From the IMG/VR virus record IMGVR_UViG_3300017761_005873, positions 1 through 64,000 of that record: a stretch of 64,000 nucleotides of DNA; one strand, given 5' to 3'. Shown here piece after piece: positions 18,192 to 28,926 of this stretch. This DNA is from a virus. Position 1 is the stretch's first letter. Each line of letters opens with the position of its first letter. Below the pieces are notes generated by a model that was not told the DNA's origin, searched no databases, and saw only the letters and a program-made list of their open reading frames with translations. The position numbers and the translations under genes were made by a program.

Positions 18192-19279
18192 TTAATAATT
18201 TTTATTATTTTATCACAAATAAAATTTATTTGACTTTTTGTTAAATTTGGAAATGATGGTAAAATAATACATTGAGATTGAAGAATTTTAGCATTTTTTG
18301 TTTCACAGTCTATATTTGATAAATATGAATGTTTTTTTATATCATAAAACATTGGTCTTGTTTCAATGCCATTTTTGTAAAGATATAATTGTAAGTCTTT
18401 TGTTTTTTCTAAATTAAATTTCGTAAATCTAATACCAAACATCCAATTTGAATGGACTGTATTATCTACAATTTTTTGAAATTGTAAATTTTCAACATCT
18501 TTTAAATTATTTTTATAATATTGAAATATTTCTTCCTTTTTATTTAAAATAATATCAAGGTCAAGCAATTGACCATACAAGATAGCAGCCTGTATATTGG
18601 TCATTCTATAGTTATAACCTAAAATATTATGTATAAATTTTTCTTCTGATTGTCCTTGATTTTTAACTGTATTAATATAATCAAAAACGTCATCATCATT
18701 TGTAATGAAAATACCACCCTCTCCACTTGTTATATTTTTATTACCAAAAAATGAAGCGGAAGATGCAAATGAATCAGTACCTGTGTATTTATCTTCATAT
18801 TTACCCAAAAATCCTTCGCAATTATCTTCCATAATTATTGTATTTGGAAAACGTATTTTAAGTTTGGGTACATTTATTATATTACCAATATTATGAACAA
18901 CTAATATTGCCGTATTTTCATCTAATTTTTCTTCTATTTTTTCTAAATCAAAATTCCATGTTTCTAAATCAGCATCAATTGGTATTAATTCATAATTTTT
19001 ATCAAATAAAAATGAATTCCATGCTGCTACATAAACATTATTTGGAACAATAATTTTATTTATATGTGGATACTTATATTTTAGTGCTAATGCTAATAAA
19101 TGTGTAGCTGTTGTACCATTATTAGTAAGAATAATTTTATTACATTTTAATAAATCTTTTAAATAATTTTTAACTAAATCTAAATATTCTCCTTGTGATG
19201 AAATCCAAGTGGAATCAATAGCATCATGTGCATATTTTAGATTTTCTTTTGTAAGATATGGTTTATATATTGGTATCAT
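18188..19279 (-). CDS. DegT/DnrJ/EryC1/StrS PLP aminotransferase (perosamine synthase-like)
   Basis: WISSQG, TNNGTTATHL, EDNCE, SFFGNKNITSGEGG, GYNYRMTNIQAA, GIETRPMF and LPSFP motifs. Confidence 0.92.
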   Translation of the reverse strand: MIPIYKPYLTKENLKYAHDAIDSTWISSQGEYLDLVKNYLKDLLKCNKIILTNNGTTATHLLALALKYKYPHINKIIVPNNVYVAAWNSFLFDKNYELIPIDADLETWNFDLEKIEEKLDENTAILVVHNIGNIINVPKLKIRFPNTIIMEDNCEGFLGKYEDKYTGTDSFASSASFFGNKNITSGEGGIFITNDDDVFDYINTVKNQGQSEEKFIHNILGYNYRMTNIQAAILYGQLLDLDIILNKKEEIFQYYKNNLKDVENLQFQKIVDNTVHSNWMFGIRFTKFNLEKTKDLQLYLYKNGIETRPMFYDIKKHSYLSNIDCETKNAKILQSQCIILPSFPNLTKSQINFICDKIIKIIK

Positions 19280-19881
19280 TTTACTTTTATTAAATGTGCA
19301 AAACCTGTTAATGTTATACCATCATCTATCACATTAACTACTTCAAATTTATCATTTTTTGTATCTTCTAAATATCTTTTAACAAAATTTCCTCTTCCAA
19401 TATTTATAGACCAATCGTGCAATAATAAATGACATCCAACACTAATTTTTTCTTCTAAAAATTTAAAAGATTCAACATTTTCTGAAAGATTATAATCATT
19501 TAAATATACTGTTATATCTTGTTTATGATACCCATTTGGTAATTCATCTCCACCATCAAGTAAAATTAAATCAACATTTTTAAAAAATTCATCTGAAAAA
19601 TTTTTTAATCCATTCATAAAAGAGGTATTATGTAGTTCTATATTTTTTGAATATATACTGTTAACATAAAAATTCTTTGCAACTTCATAGAAATCATAAT
19701 GTTCTTCAAAAGTGTGTAAAAATCCATTGGTTTCATATAATCCTTTGGTGAGACTTAATGTACTACCACCACCATACCATGTTCCAGATTCAATGGCTGA
19801 TTTTATATTATTTTTTATAATAGTGTTATAAATATATTCTCTTTCTTCTTTGGTCATTTGACCTTGTGGTATATTATCCAT
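19276..19881 (-). CDS. Class I SAM-dependent methyltransferase
   Basis: IESGTWYGGGST, DLILLDGG and LLLHD motifs. Confidence 0.75.
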   Translation of the reverse strand: MDNIPQGQMTKEEREYIYNTIIKNNIKSAIESGTWYGGGSTLSLTKGLYETNGFLHTFEEHYDFYEVAKNFYVNSIYSKNIELHNTSFMNGLKNFSDEFFKNVDLILLDGGDELPNGYHKQDITVYLNDYNLSENVESFKFLEEKISVGCHLLLHDWSINIGRGNFVKRYLEDTKNDKFEVVNVIDDGITLTGFAHLIKVK

Positions 19882-19885
19882 ATCA

Positions 19886-20194
19886 TTAATATGTTTTATG
19901 TGTTCTTTGCAAAAATTTACCGTTATCTAAATCTTCACCATTTATTTTAGCATTTACTAGTTCAATTATTCTTTCATCAACTTCATTTATTAATTGATTC
20001 CTTTGAACATTTAAATCACAAGCCTTTTTAAGGACTTCCCATAAATTTTTTGCCCCATCTTCAGATTTAAAATATTTATCAAGATATTCATCAAATGTCA
20101 TTCTTCTGATTTCATAAAGAAGTTCTTGATTATTCCACATTTTCATGTCAACAGTTATTAACTTGTCAACAACATTTCCTAAAGTATCTGCCAT
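19886..20194 (-). CDS. Small helical hypothetical protein in the glycan cluster
   Basis: 102-aa ORF TLGNVVDKL...LNVQRNQLINEVD. CGTATTTTA motif upstream. Confidence 0.5.
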   Translation of the reverse strand: MADTLGNVVDKLITVDMKMWNNQELLYEIRRMTFDEYLDKYFKSEDGAKNLWEVLKKACDLNVQRNQLINEVDERIIELVNAKINGEDLDNGKFLQRTHKTY

Positions 20195-20205
20195 AATTTA
20201 TTTTA

Positions 20206-20613
20206 TTATAAAATACGATTATTTTTCTCCATTATATAAAATCTTGGTTTAGTTTCTATAACAACAAACCCATTTTTTTCATATAATTTTTTTGCTATAT
20301 TGTTTTCAATATCAACTGATAATTTTATACTATCTTTTTGATTAATTAAAAGTTCAGCCATCATTTTCTTTCCATATCCACGACCTATACAATCGTCACA
20401 AACCATTATTCCTAACCATATTTGGTTATTTTCATCCTTATCTAAATGACCATAGCCAACAATTTTATTATTATCTTTTAAAAGTATGGTTTTAATGTGA
20501 TTTTTTATTATACTAAAATCTCTAGTTTTAAAATATCTAAAATTTACTTGGTTTTTTTCATTTTTTAAAAAAAAATCTCTTATTTCTTCTATTGTTGGTT
20601 GATATATAATCAT
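20206..20613 (-). CDS. GNAT acetyltransferase
   Basis: IVGYG, LGIMV...GRGYGKKMM and LSVD-EN-IAKKLYEKNGF motifs. Confidence 0.88.
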   Translation of the reverse strand: MIIYQPTIEEIRDFFLKNEKNQVNFRYFKTRDFSIIKNHIKTILLKDNNKIVGYGHLDKDENNQIWLGIMVCDDCIGRGYGKKMMAELLINQKDSIKLSVDIENNIAKKLYEKNGFVVIETKPRFYIMEKNNRIL

Positions 20614-21464
20614 ATATTTTTATCTAATAAAGACATAACATTTGTAACACTTTGGTTATCGGACCATATCCATTTAGCATTACCATCTTCAAACCAAGCA
20701 CCTTCTTTCTTATTAAAAGAAAAACATATAAATGTTTTGTTATTGTCCATTATATTATCTTTATGTGTGCAGAATGTATATGGACCTGAAGTTCTTCCAA
20801 CAATAATATCACAAAAAGTTGATATATAAGAAATTTCTAATAAATCTGGATTTAATTTTGTTATATCACTCGTATATAATACATTTTGTAAATTTATATT
20901 AGTATTTTGTGTTAATAAAAACAGACAATCTTTATTTTTATTTGCTAAAAAATTAATTGTTGAATTAAAATCAAAGTTAATTGCTTGACCTGATTCAACA
21001 TTTCCGTTAGATATTAATATGATTTTTTTGTATCTATCTTTAAGATTAGTCATAAAATCTTTAAGTAAAGATTTTGAATCTAAATAATCAAAATTTATAA
21101 TTGGTAGAAGTTCTTCATTATTCTTATAAATGTCTAAGTTGTAATGTTTATAAATTACATCAACCATGTTTTTATAAGCAAAAAATGAACAACCTTCATT
21201 TATAACATATTTACCACCGCCTTTTGCTATCCAACAGTTTATTAAATTATTTTCAAGTATATCATCACCTTTAGTGTCAATTTCTTTAGGTATACCACAA
21301 ACTTCTTTAAAATTTGAATATTTCTTTTCAATATCATTAAAAAAATATTTATTTTGATTGTGGTAAAATGTTATTTCAGCATTTAGATTTAATAGTGGTT
21401 GAATAAACATCCTACTTAAAAACAAATCACCTCTGTGATTATCATTGAATAGTGTAATTTTCAT
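20610..21464 (-). CDS. Putative glycosyltransferase-like protein (paralog of 17337-18191)
   Basis: NHRGDLFLSR, SGQAINF and LLEISYISTFCDIIVGRTSGPYTF motifs. Confidence 0.5.
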   Translation of the reverse strand: MKITLFNDNHRGDLFLSRMFIQPLLNLNAEITFYHNQNKYFFNDIEKKYSNFKEVCGIPKEIDTKGDDILENNLINCWIAKGGGKYVINEGCSFFAYKNMVDVIYKHYNLDIYKNNEELLPIINFDYLDSKSLLKDFMTNLKDRYKKIILISNGNVESGQAINFDFNSTINFLANKNKDCLFLLTQNTNINLQNVLYTSDITKLNPDLLEISYISTFCDIIVGRTSGPYTFCTHKDNIMDNNKTFICFSFNKKEGAWFEDGNAKWIWSDNQSVTNVMSLLDKNI

Positions 21465-22423
21465 TAAAAATTTAATTTTGTTTCTAAAACTTGATAAAAC
21501 CTTTCAAACATGGAATTTATATAATCAGGTTTAAAAATTATACCATTTAAATGCTCCATATATTTTTGTTTATTATTGTCTAACTCAATTATTTTTTCTA
21601 TCATGTACTCATCATTATTATAGTCATACCAATTAATAAACATATTATTATTAAATTCATTATTTATTAATTGATTACCCCAATAAAGAGGGATACTATT
21701 TGAACAAAATGGTTCAATAATCTTTTCTGTTGTATAACCAATATTAGGATATTTAACTCCTTCAGGTTCGCCAAAACATAAATCACTATTCGTGTTTTCC
21801 ATACCAAAACAGAATTTATAATTTATTCTTACATGTTCAGTTTTTTCATATGAAGCACCAGGTACTTTAATAACATCAACATTTTTATATTTACTTAATT
21901 TTTTTAAAAATTTAACCCTAAATAAATCTTCTCTATTATGACGATGTATATATGCACAAAAATTTCTATTAAATAAATTTTCATCCGTTATTACCCTATG
22001 GTTAAAAAAATAATCAAAACTTGGTATTCTATTATCAATATACATTTGATAATAATATAATAAATATGATGGAAATCTAACATGACTTTCGTTATCAATA
22101 TGATATGATGACATAATTATATCAGCATCTTCTATTGAGCGTCTAAATCTTTCCTTATAACCACCATCGCTAGGTCTGTAATAATTATGGTATGTATTTT
22201 TATCCCAAAAACCTGGTTCTTCAGTATGGAATAATTTTATACAGTCTTTAAAAGATTCATGACCATTGTGTGATAATGTATATATTAAAACATCGGGATT
22301 ATCATTTACAATTTCAACATCATATTTTTTTCTTAATAAATATAAAAATATATTATCTTGATAATAATTGGGTAAATTAGGATTTGTATCACATTGTAAA
22401 AAATGAACTCTTATTTTTTTCAT
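21464..22423 (-). CDS. GT10 alpha-1,3-fucosyltransferase-like
   Basis: YKFCFGMEN...GYTTEKIIEPF...SIPLYWG GT10 motif. Confidence 0.85.
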   Translation of the reverse strand: MKKIRVHFLQCDTNPNLPNYYQDNIFLYLLRKKYDVEIVNDNPDVLIYTLSHNGHESFKDCIKLFHTEEPGFWDKNTYHNYYRPSDGGYKERFRRSIEDADIIMSSYHIDNESHVRFPSYLLYYYQMYIDNRIPSFDYFFNHRVITDENLFNRNFCAYIHRHNREDLFRVKFLKKLSKYKNVDVIKVPGASYEKTEHVRINYKFCFGMENTNSDLCFGEPEGVKYPNIGYTTEKIIEPFCSNSIPLYWGNQLINNEFNNNMFINWYDYNNDEYMIEKIIELDNNKQKYMEHLNGIIFKPDYINSMFERFYQVLETKLNF

Positions 22424-23046
22424 AAAAAATCTTTAAATTTATAATTTAATTTTTCTTTTATATTATTATAATTTAAATGACAATAATCATCAAAAAAATT
22501 CATTTTTGTTAAACCATTTTCATCAATTAAATCATTTATAATTGAAACAAACGGAATTTCATTATCAATGCATTTTTTTTCTAAAAGATTGTTCCAATAT
22601 AAACTTATTTTATTTCTAGTTAAACAATCACCAAATATAGGATTATTTGGGTCGCTATTGTGTCCACTTGTTGTTGATGGATGACCTCCCCAACCAATAA
22701 TATTATACCCCCTTTCTTTTAAATCTAAATAAACTCTAAAATATCTATCAATACATTCGGTTACAATTTCTTCATTTGTTTTATTTTGTATTGATGCTTG
22801 ATATGGTAAATGCCATCTACAATCAACCTCACCGATTGCTAAAACAATATAATCTTTTTCTTGATTAATATTCAAACCATTAATCCAATTTAACATTGTT
22901 AAATAATGATGCTCATAAAAATTATATGCAATAGTTGGACCTAATGAAACAGATGTAAAATCATCGTTTTGATTACCTAAACCAGATGTTGCAGGATGTG
23001 TATTTGTAAACACATGTGCATGACTATTACCAAAAACAAAAATCAT
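22420..23046 (-). CDS. SGNH/GDSL hydrolase-like protein
   Basis: VFGNSH, GEVDCR and DDYCHLN motifs. Confidence 0.7.
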   Translation of the reverse strand: MIFVFGNSHAHVFTNTHPATSGLGNQNDDFTSVSLGPTIAYNFYEHHYLTMLNWINGLNINQEKDYIVLAIGEVDCRWHLPYQASIQNKTNEEIVTECIDRYFRVYLDLKERGYNIIGWGGHPSTTSGHNSDPNNPIFGDCLTRNKISLYWNNLLEKKCIDNEIPFVSIINDLIDENGLTKMNFFDDYCHLNYNNIKEKLNYKFKDFL

Positions 23047-24404
23047 GAATTAAAATTATTTAAGAAGTTTTGTAAATCTTCAGGTGTTCCTAATCCCCAC
23101 ATTTTTTGAATATCAAAAGTTCTAATTTTTTTACCATCCTCAATAGCTTGATTAAAGACAGGACAAACATAAAATTCATTATTAACTCTGATATTTTTTT
23201 CAATCATTTGTTCACCATATTTAACAAAATCAGAACCATGTTTCCAATAGTAATAACCAACGGTTGCTATGTTTGAAATTGGTTTTTTTTCCGCAACTTC
23301 AGTTGCATAACCGTTTTCATCTAATTTAACAAATGACCATTTTGGATGTGTTGATTGAAATGTAACAATACCCCCATCAGCATCTGTTTCATTCATTTTA
23401 TACATGAATTCTGTCGAATCCCACTCTACAAATTGGTCTGAATTGGCAAAAAACAATGGTGAATCATTATTAATAAATTCTTTTGCTAATAATGCGGTAC
23501 AAGCAGCACCTTCGGTTACTCCATCTGTTTCAATAACAGTACAATTTGGTGAAATCAAATTTAATAAAGTATCTAGATTATATTTTTCTCTGTGTTCTTT
23601 CTGAACAACAAAAATAAAATTAGCATCTACATTTAAATTATCAACAACAACCTGAATCATAGGTTTATTATTGACATCAATTAATGGTTTTGGAAATGTA
23701 TATCCTGCTTCTCTAAATCTTGTACCTGAACCTGCCATTGGTATTAGTACATTAAGTTTTTTATCAGTCCATTTAGGTTTCATATTTTTACTACTTGACT
23801 TAATTTCGTATATTTTTTGATTAATACTACCATAAAATACGTCATGAGGTGATTTGACTCTTAAAATATGTGTATTACTCCTATTGGCAGCTAATAATCC
23901 ATATGGTGAATCTTCAACAATTAATGTTTCTTCTGGAAGAACATTTAATTTTGAAATTGCTGACCAATAAATTTCAGGATGTGGTTTACTGTTGTTAACA
24001 TCTTCATTTGATAAAATTAAATCAAAATATTCAATTATACCCAATCTACTAAGAACAGTTAATACAGTTTTGCGAATACTATTTGAACATACAGCTAATT
24101 TATATCCATCTTTAAAAAGCATCTCCATACAATCAATCAAAATATTTGATTGATTTAAATTTTTTAATGCTTCAAGTGTATATTTTTGTTTTTCCTCCCA
24201 AATATTTTTGAAATATTCTTTTGGTAAACCTTTTTTCTGATGAAGCATTTCTAATTTTTGATTAGTTTTTAAACCATCATAAACTGACAAATGTTCATCC
24301 CAACTAATTGCATATTCTTTTAATGCTTTATTTAGTGCTTCAAAATGAATATTTTTAGCCTCTACTAATACACCATCTAAATCAAAAATAATTAATTTAA
24401 TCAT
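23043..24404 (-). CDS. HAD phosphatase fused to sugar-phosphate nucleotidyltransferase
   Basis: N-terminal IIFDLDGVL, SKPHPE and VEDS. C-terminal LIPMAGSGTRF, PKPLI, EVAEKKPIS and GLGTPEDL. Confidence 0.88.
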   Translation of the reverse strand: MIKLIIFDLDGVLVEAKNIHFEALNKALKEYAISWDEHLSVYDGLKTNQKLEMLHQKKGLPKEYFKNIWEEKQKYTLEALKNLNQSNILIDCMEMLFKDGYKLAVCSNSIRKTVLTVLSRLGIIEYFDLILSNEDVNNSKPHPEIYWSAISKLNVLPEETLIVEDSPYGLLAANRSNTHILRVKSPHDVFYGSINQKIYEIKSSSKNMKPKWTDKKLNVLIPMAGSGTRFREAGYTFPKPLIDVNNKPMIQVVVDNLNVDANFIFVVQKEHREKYNLDTLLNLISPNCTVIETDGVTEGAACTALLAKEFINNDSPLFFANSDQFVEWDSTEFMYKMNETDADGGIVTFQSTHPKWSFVKLDENGYATEVAEKKPISNIATVGYYYWKHGSDFVKYGEQMIEKNIRVNNEFYVCPVFNQAIEDGKKIRTFDIQKMWGLGTPEDLQNFLNNFNS

Positions 24405-25117
24405 TAGTAAGTTAAACTGATTGCGGTATCTTGAACCATGTTAACATTTTTATGTTCATCATTCCATTCTTCAAAATCCCATTTAATTGTTTTTAAATCA
24501 TCATAAAATTTTCTAACTTCATTTAACCTAATATCCCAAACATTATCAATTACTATTAGTGTTTCTTTATGTGAAACTTTTAATGCATGTTCCCAATCTT
24601 TTTTAGCACCTTCATAAGAGTGGTCACCATCAACGAAAATCAAATCAAAACCACCATCAGGTGTTACTTCTTCAAGAATTTTTTGATTCATATCATATAA
24701 CTCCTCATTTTCATAATTTACAAAATCTTTATACACAATTCCTGGGTCAGTAAATTTCCAAGTGTCATAACCTGTTTTATATGGATACCAATACAATGGT
24801 TTAATTCTTTTGTGTAATCCTGCTGTACTACCATAACCATCGTAACCACCATATTTTATATCAAAAGTTACTATATGACCTTCATCATCATTTAAATATG
24901 TATCCATACCTTCTGACATAATTTTTGTGCTATCATAATGCCAAGAACCAATTTCCAAAATTGATTTTGGTTTAAGCATCCTTACAATTGTATTTAGACA
25001 TGCTCTGCAATGTGTGGCACATCCTTCATATTTTGTTCCTTGCAAAATACCATTTTCTGGACCTCTATCAATATAAAAGTCCTTAAAGTTTTGCTTAATA
25101 AATTCTACTTTATTCAT
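24404..25117 (-). CDS. Class I SAM-dependent methyltransferase (Methyltransf_24-like)
   Basis: ILEIGS, FDLIFVDGDHSYEG and IVIDN motifs. Confidence 0.85.
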   Translation of the reverse strand: MNKVEFIKQNFKDFYIDRGPENGILQGTKYEGCATHCRACLNTIVRMLKPKSILEIGSWHYDSTKIMSEGMDTYLNDDEGHIVTFDIKYGGYDGYGSTAGLHKRIKPLYWYPYKTGYDTWKFTDPGIVYKDFVNYENEELYDMNQKILEEVTPDGGFDLIFVDGDHSYEGAKKDWEHALKVSHKETLIVIDNVWDIRLNEVRKFYDDLKTIKWDFEEWNDEHKNVNMVQDTAISLTY

Positions 25118-25793
25118 ATTTTTTTAAAATTTGTATTGTTTCTGTTTTTGGTTCTGTAAAACCATGATTGTTTTGTTGTTTTAATAATCTAACTATTGAG
25201 TTACTATTCATGTTGAATTGATATTCATTTCTAACTTTTTTAGACCAAATAACATCTTCACTTTCTCCCCATGTTAAATTTTCATCAAGTGGATATTTTT
25301 CCATTACACTTTTTTTAGCAATCCAATATGCACCTGATACATACATATATTTACTTAAATGTGTAATATCATATGGAATCATTATATCTCTTTTGATTAT
25401 TTCATCCATTTCATTTTCATTATGAGGCCAAATACACCAATCTCTAAATCTTGAACCATCAATGTTTTTTATTTTATCCATTCTAATATAAAAATCATTT
25501 CCACTTTTTAATTGACCTTCATACCATTGATGTGTAAAAAATATATAATCATGTAAATATACGATATTTTCATATTTTGCATTTTTTGTAATTATATTCT
25601 TTTTTCTAGTTATCCAACCTCTTTTTTGAGTTTCATCAAAATTAATATTTTTAATATCATCACCAAATATTTTATGATTTGAGCCTACAATTATAATTTC
25701 ATAATTTGATATATTTTGATTTCTTATTGAATCAATTATGTTTTCTAAATGAGGAGAATAAATTGATTTGCATATTCCAAAAGTAAAATCCAT
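25110..25793 (-). CDS. GT2-like glycosyltransferase
   Basis: FTFGI, YEIIIVG, WITRKKN, VYLHDY and WGESEDV motifs. Confidence 0.7.
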   Translation of the reverse strand: MDFTFGICKSIYSPHLENIIDSIRNQNISNYEIIIVGSNHKIFGDDIKNINFDETQKRGWITRKKNIITKNAKYENIVYLHDYIFFTHQWYEGQLKSGNDFYIRMDKIKNIDGSRFRDWCIWPHNENEMDEIIKRDIMIPYDITHLSKYMYVSGAYWIAKKSVMEKYPLDENLTWGESEDVIWSKKVRNEYQFNMNSNSIVRLLKQQNNHGFTEPKTETIQILKKYE

Positions 25794-25794
25794 A

Positions 25795-26613
25795 TTATTT
25801 TAATATGTTATATATATCATCATCTGCTAATAAATACTTTTTACTTAATTCAAAGTTTTTATGAATACTTTCTAAGTAATCTTCATATTTAATTTCATTA
25901 TTGTTAATTTTTTCAATTATAAAAAAAAGTTCTGTGATATTATCAAATGTTAATATACCATTTGAATCAAAAAATTTATCTATTGATGGTAATCCCCAAT
26001 AAATTGGAATTGTACCTGTTTGGAGACAATCAATTAGTTTCTCGGAAAAATAAAAATCTTCTCTACAATTTTCAATAACTATTGAAAATTTATAATCTTT
26101 AAGACCTTGAATTTTATTATCAATTGGATTAATCTCTCTACCAAAGATATCAATGTCTTTTTCATTAACCACATAATAATCAAGAATTTTATTTCTCAAT
26201 AAATGACCTTCCGTGCTTCTTTTTCTGCTTGAAATGAAAGAAATATTTCTTATTTTATTATGAATTTTTCTTTCATCTTTTGGTATCCAACAACCTCCAT
26301 ATGTTTGAAGAACACATTTATCAGATAAGTTTAATAATTCTTTATTATGTGTAAAAATTTTATGAAATTTATCATGATTTTGTTTTATAAAATGAATTGC
26401 ATGTGGTTTAACTTGTGGTGATTCTAACAACCATGCATAAACTTTTTTATTTTGTGACTTAGCAAAATCAACATAACTTAGTGTATCATCAGTAAGAATT
26501 ATAAAGTCGTAATTATTAAAATTTTGTCTATCCCAATTAAATTCTGATGGGTCATCAAAACTACTGCTTGATGCATGGGCAAATAAATGGTCTATAATTG
26601 GTAAATTATTCAT
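25795..26613 (-). CDS. GT10-like glycosyltransferase
   Basis: YKFSIVIEN...YFSEKLIDC...TIPIYWG motif. Confidence 0.8.
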   Translation of the reverse strand: MNNLPIIDHLFAHASSSSFDDPSEFNWDRQNFNNYDFIILTDDTLSYVDFAKSQNKKVYAWLLESPQVKPHAIHFIKQNHDKFHKIFTHNKELLNLSDKCVLQTYGGCWIPKDERKIHNKIRNISFISSRKRSTEGHLLRNKILDYYVVNEKDIDIFGREINPIDNKIQGLKDYKFSIVIENCREDFYFSEKLIDCLQTGTIPIYWGLPSIDKFFDSNGILTFDNITELFFIIEKINNNEIKYEDYLESIHKNFELSKKYLLADDDIYNILK

Positions 26614-27368
26614 TATTTGTAAATAATATCAGTATCAATATATTTAAATTTATTATTATTTGCAATTATGGAAAATGCCGAAACATTACTTGATGTTACT
26701 ATAATTTTATCACACAATGATAATTTTAAAGCATCATGATAAACATCAAAAAGTTTATTACTAATATGTTTAAAAGAATAATCATGTATAGGTCTACTAT
26801 CAGTACTTCTAAAACTATCAGTATAAATTAAGTTTCTACCATATTTTTGTACAAAAATATTTACAGTTTCTTCTTCATCTGTTATTAAAAAAACTTTTTC
26901 ATAATTATTTTTTTCAATTTCTTCGTCAATACTATTAAAATACCTTTCTAGTGGTATGAAATTACCATGAAGATAGTGGTCTGTTCCTCTTTTATGTATC
27001 CCTATAACTTTAGTTAAATCTATATCTTTAAAAAAATCTTTACATATGTCTATATCTTTTTGTCTTATAATATCATATTTTTCTAATAAATTTTGATATA
27101 AAAATGCCTTATCTTCATCTAATATTGAGCAAAATGTACAACCATATGGTGACCAATTATCAATAAAGGTATTTTCATTATTTGTATTTAACTCTTTTGG
27201 TTGATTAAATAATATATCCCAAACATTTTCATTATTATTAGTATATCTATTATTTGTGATATTTATTTTTAAATTCATATTATTGTCATCGGCATAATGC
27301 AATGCTGACAATGCACACAATACATTTGAAAAAAGTCCGTGATTTGTATTTACAATTAAATTAATCAT
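26613..27368 (-). CDS. NodZ/GT23-like (or GT11-like) fucosyltransferase
   Basis: GLFSN, IGIHKRGTD, FLITDE and LSLCDKII-TSSNVS motifs. Confidence 0.75.
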   Translation of the reverse strand: MINLIVNTNHGLFSNVLCALSALHYADDNNMNLKINITNNRYTNNNENVWDILFNQPKELNTNNENTFIDNWSPYGCTFCSILDEDKAFLYQNLLEKYDIIRQKDIDICKDFFKDIDLTKVIGIHKRGTDHYLHGNFIPLERYFNSIDEEIEKNNYEKVFLITDEEETVNIFVQKYGRNLIYTDSFRSTDSRPIHDYSFKHISNKLFDVYHDALKLSLCDKIIVTSSNVSAFSIIANNNKFKYIDTDIIYK

Positions 27369-28093
27369 ATCATTTTAAAAGATTTTTTATTTGATATAGT
27401 TTCATGACAATCCCATTGTAATTGTTGATGAACATTATGTTCTGATAGTGGATTATGGAAATTATAAAGATGTAAAACCTTATCAATATATTTAACTCTA
27501 TTAAATCCTGCTATTTCCATTACAGGAAACATTATTGCAACATCAGGTGCAGCTTTTAGATATTCACCTTTGTTATCTTTAAAACAATTAAGTTCGGGGT
27601 CTTGAATATAAATTTCTTTAAAGCATTGATATTTAAATGTTCTAAGATGTGATGCTATAAATGGTGCTTTTCTAAGATTTAAGAATTCAGATTCTGTATA
27701 TGGTCTAGCAAAACCTTTTCTACCATCTGTCCAAACGGATTGTCCATATGTAACAAAACATCCATTTTCATTATAAAAATTATTTAAATAACTAAGTGAT
27801 TTATTACCTTGTAATGCATCATCACCATCAACAACAATAATTATATCACCTTCATTTGCATACATTGGCAAATAATGTGCATAATTATATAGAAGTCCTT
27901 TATTTTCTTGGTTTTTAATTTTTATAAAACGCTCATCATCATCAATTAAATCAAATCCATTATCGGTTGATGCATCATCAACAAATAAAACACGATAATT
28001 TTGATAATCTTGTGATAAAATTGAACCAACACATCTTTCAATGAAAGGTTCGGCATTATAAAAACAAGATACAATTAAAAATTTATTCTGCAT
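27365..28093 (-). CDS. GT2-family glycosyltransferase
   Basis: FYNAEPFIERCV-SILSQ, VDDASTD and VDGDD motifs. Confidence 0.88.
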   Translation of the reverse strand: MQNKFLIVSCFYNAEPFIERCVGSILSQDYQNYRVLFVDDASTDNGFDLIDDDERFIKIKNQENKGLLYNYAHYLPMYANEGDIIIVVDGDDALQGNKSLSYLNNFYNENGCFVTYGQSVWTDGRKGFARPYTESEFLNLRKAPFIASHLRTFKYQCFKEIYIQDPELNCFKDNKGEYLKAAPDVAIMFPVMEIAGFNRVKYIDKVLHLYNFHNPLSEHNVHQQLQWDCHETISNKKSFKMI

Positions 28094-28922
28094 TTACTTT
28101 AAAAATTGGTCTTATTTCTTGATGACAACCATTAATTTCATCAAAATTCATTTTTTCTAAATTTAAAATCAAACCATCTAAATACATTTCATTTAAGTCT
28201 TCAACCGAATACCTATATTTCATTCCTGATAAATTTTGAAAAATATCTTGAACTTTATTAATTGGTGAATTAACGAGTTTACTATTTTGGTATGATGAAA
28301 TAATCATTTCATTTCTACTAAAATTTGATAACATTGCTTCAAATAAATTTGGATTTGCATATTCCAAAATTTGACAAAGATTTTTAATATATTCAGTTTT
28401 AAATATATGACCATCAACGGACATTGGATATGCATAATCATTTGTACCATCTCCAACCTTCCAAGATATTACAGATTCAATTAAATCAGTATCATAATAA
28501 AAATTATGTGTTTTGAAGTTTTTTAAATCATTTAGTCTTTGCATTGTATAGCAATGCTTTGTATTTAAGCCAAGACGCAATGAAAAACAATTTGCCTCCG
28601 TTAACATAAAAATATTATGTAACTCATCATTATTCAAGTTAAAAGACTGATATATAATATCATCATCAGTTAAAAATACTGTATATTTAGAATCGTTAAA
28701 TAATGATAGTAAATCTTGTTTAAAAGATTCTTCTTTTTTATATGTAAATTGTGGATACAAGTCTCTAATTGTATTATAACCTCTATTATATTCATCATTT
28801 GATACTTTATAGAGAATATTTAATTTATAATCTTCAACATTAAAATTTAATAAGATACTTTGCAAAAGCAAGTCAAGTTGCATTGCTCTGTCTTTTGAAA
28901 AAATAATTACGTTTAGTAGCAT
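28083..28922 (-). CDS. GT-A-like glycosyltransferase
   Basis: IIFSKDRAMQL, FLTDDD, FSLRLG and YPMSVDG motifs. Probable start ATG 28922 (track 28979), downstream of promoter motifs. Confidence 0.6.
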   Translation of the reverse strand: MLLNVIIFSKDRAMQLDLLLQSILLNFNVEDYKLNILYKVSNDEYNRGYNTIRDLYPQFTYKKEESFKQDLLSLFNDSKYTVFLTDDDIIYQSFNLNNDELHNIFMLTEANCFSLRLGLNTKHCYTMQRLNDLKNFKTHNFYYDTDLIESVISWKVGDGTNDYAYPMSVDGHIFKTEYIKNLCQILEYANPNLFEAMLSNFSRNEMIISSYQNSKLVNSPINKVQDIFQNLSGMKYRYSVEDLNEMYLDGLILNLEKMNFDEINGCHQEIRPIFKVNAE

Positions 28923-28926
28923 AGTT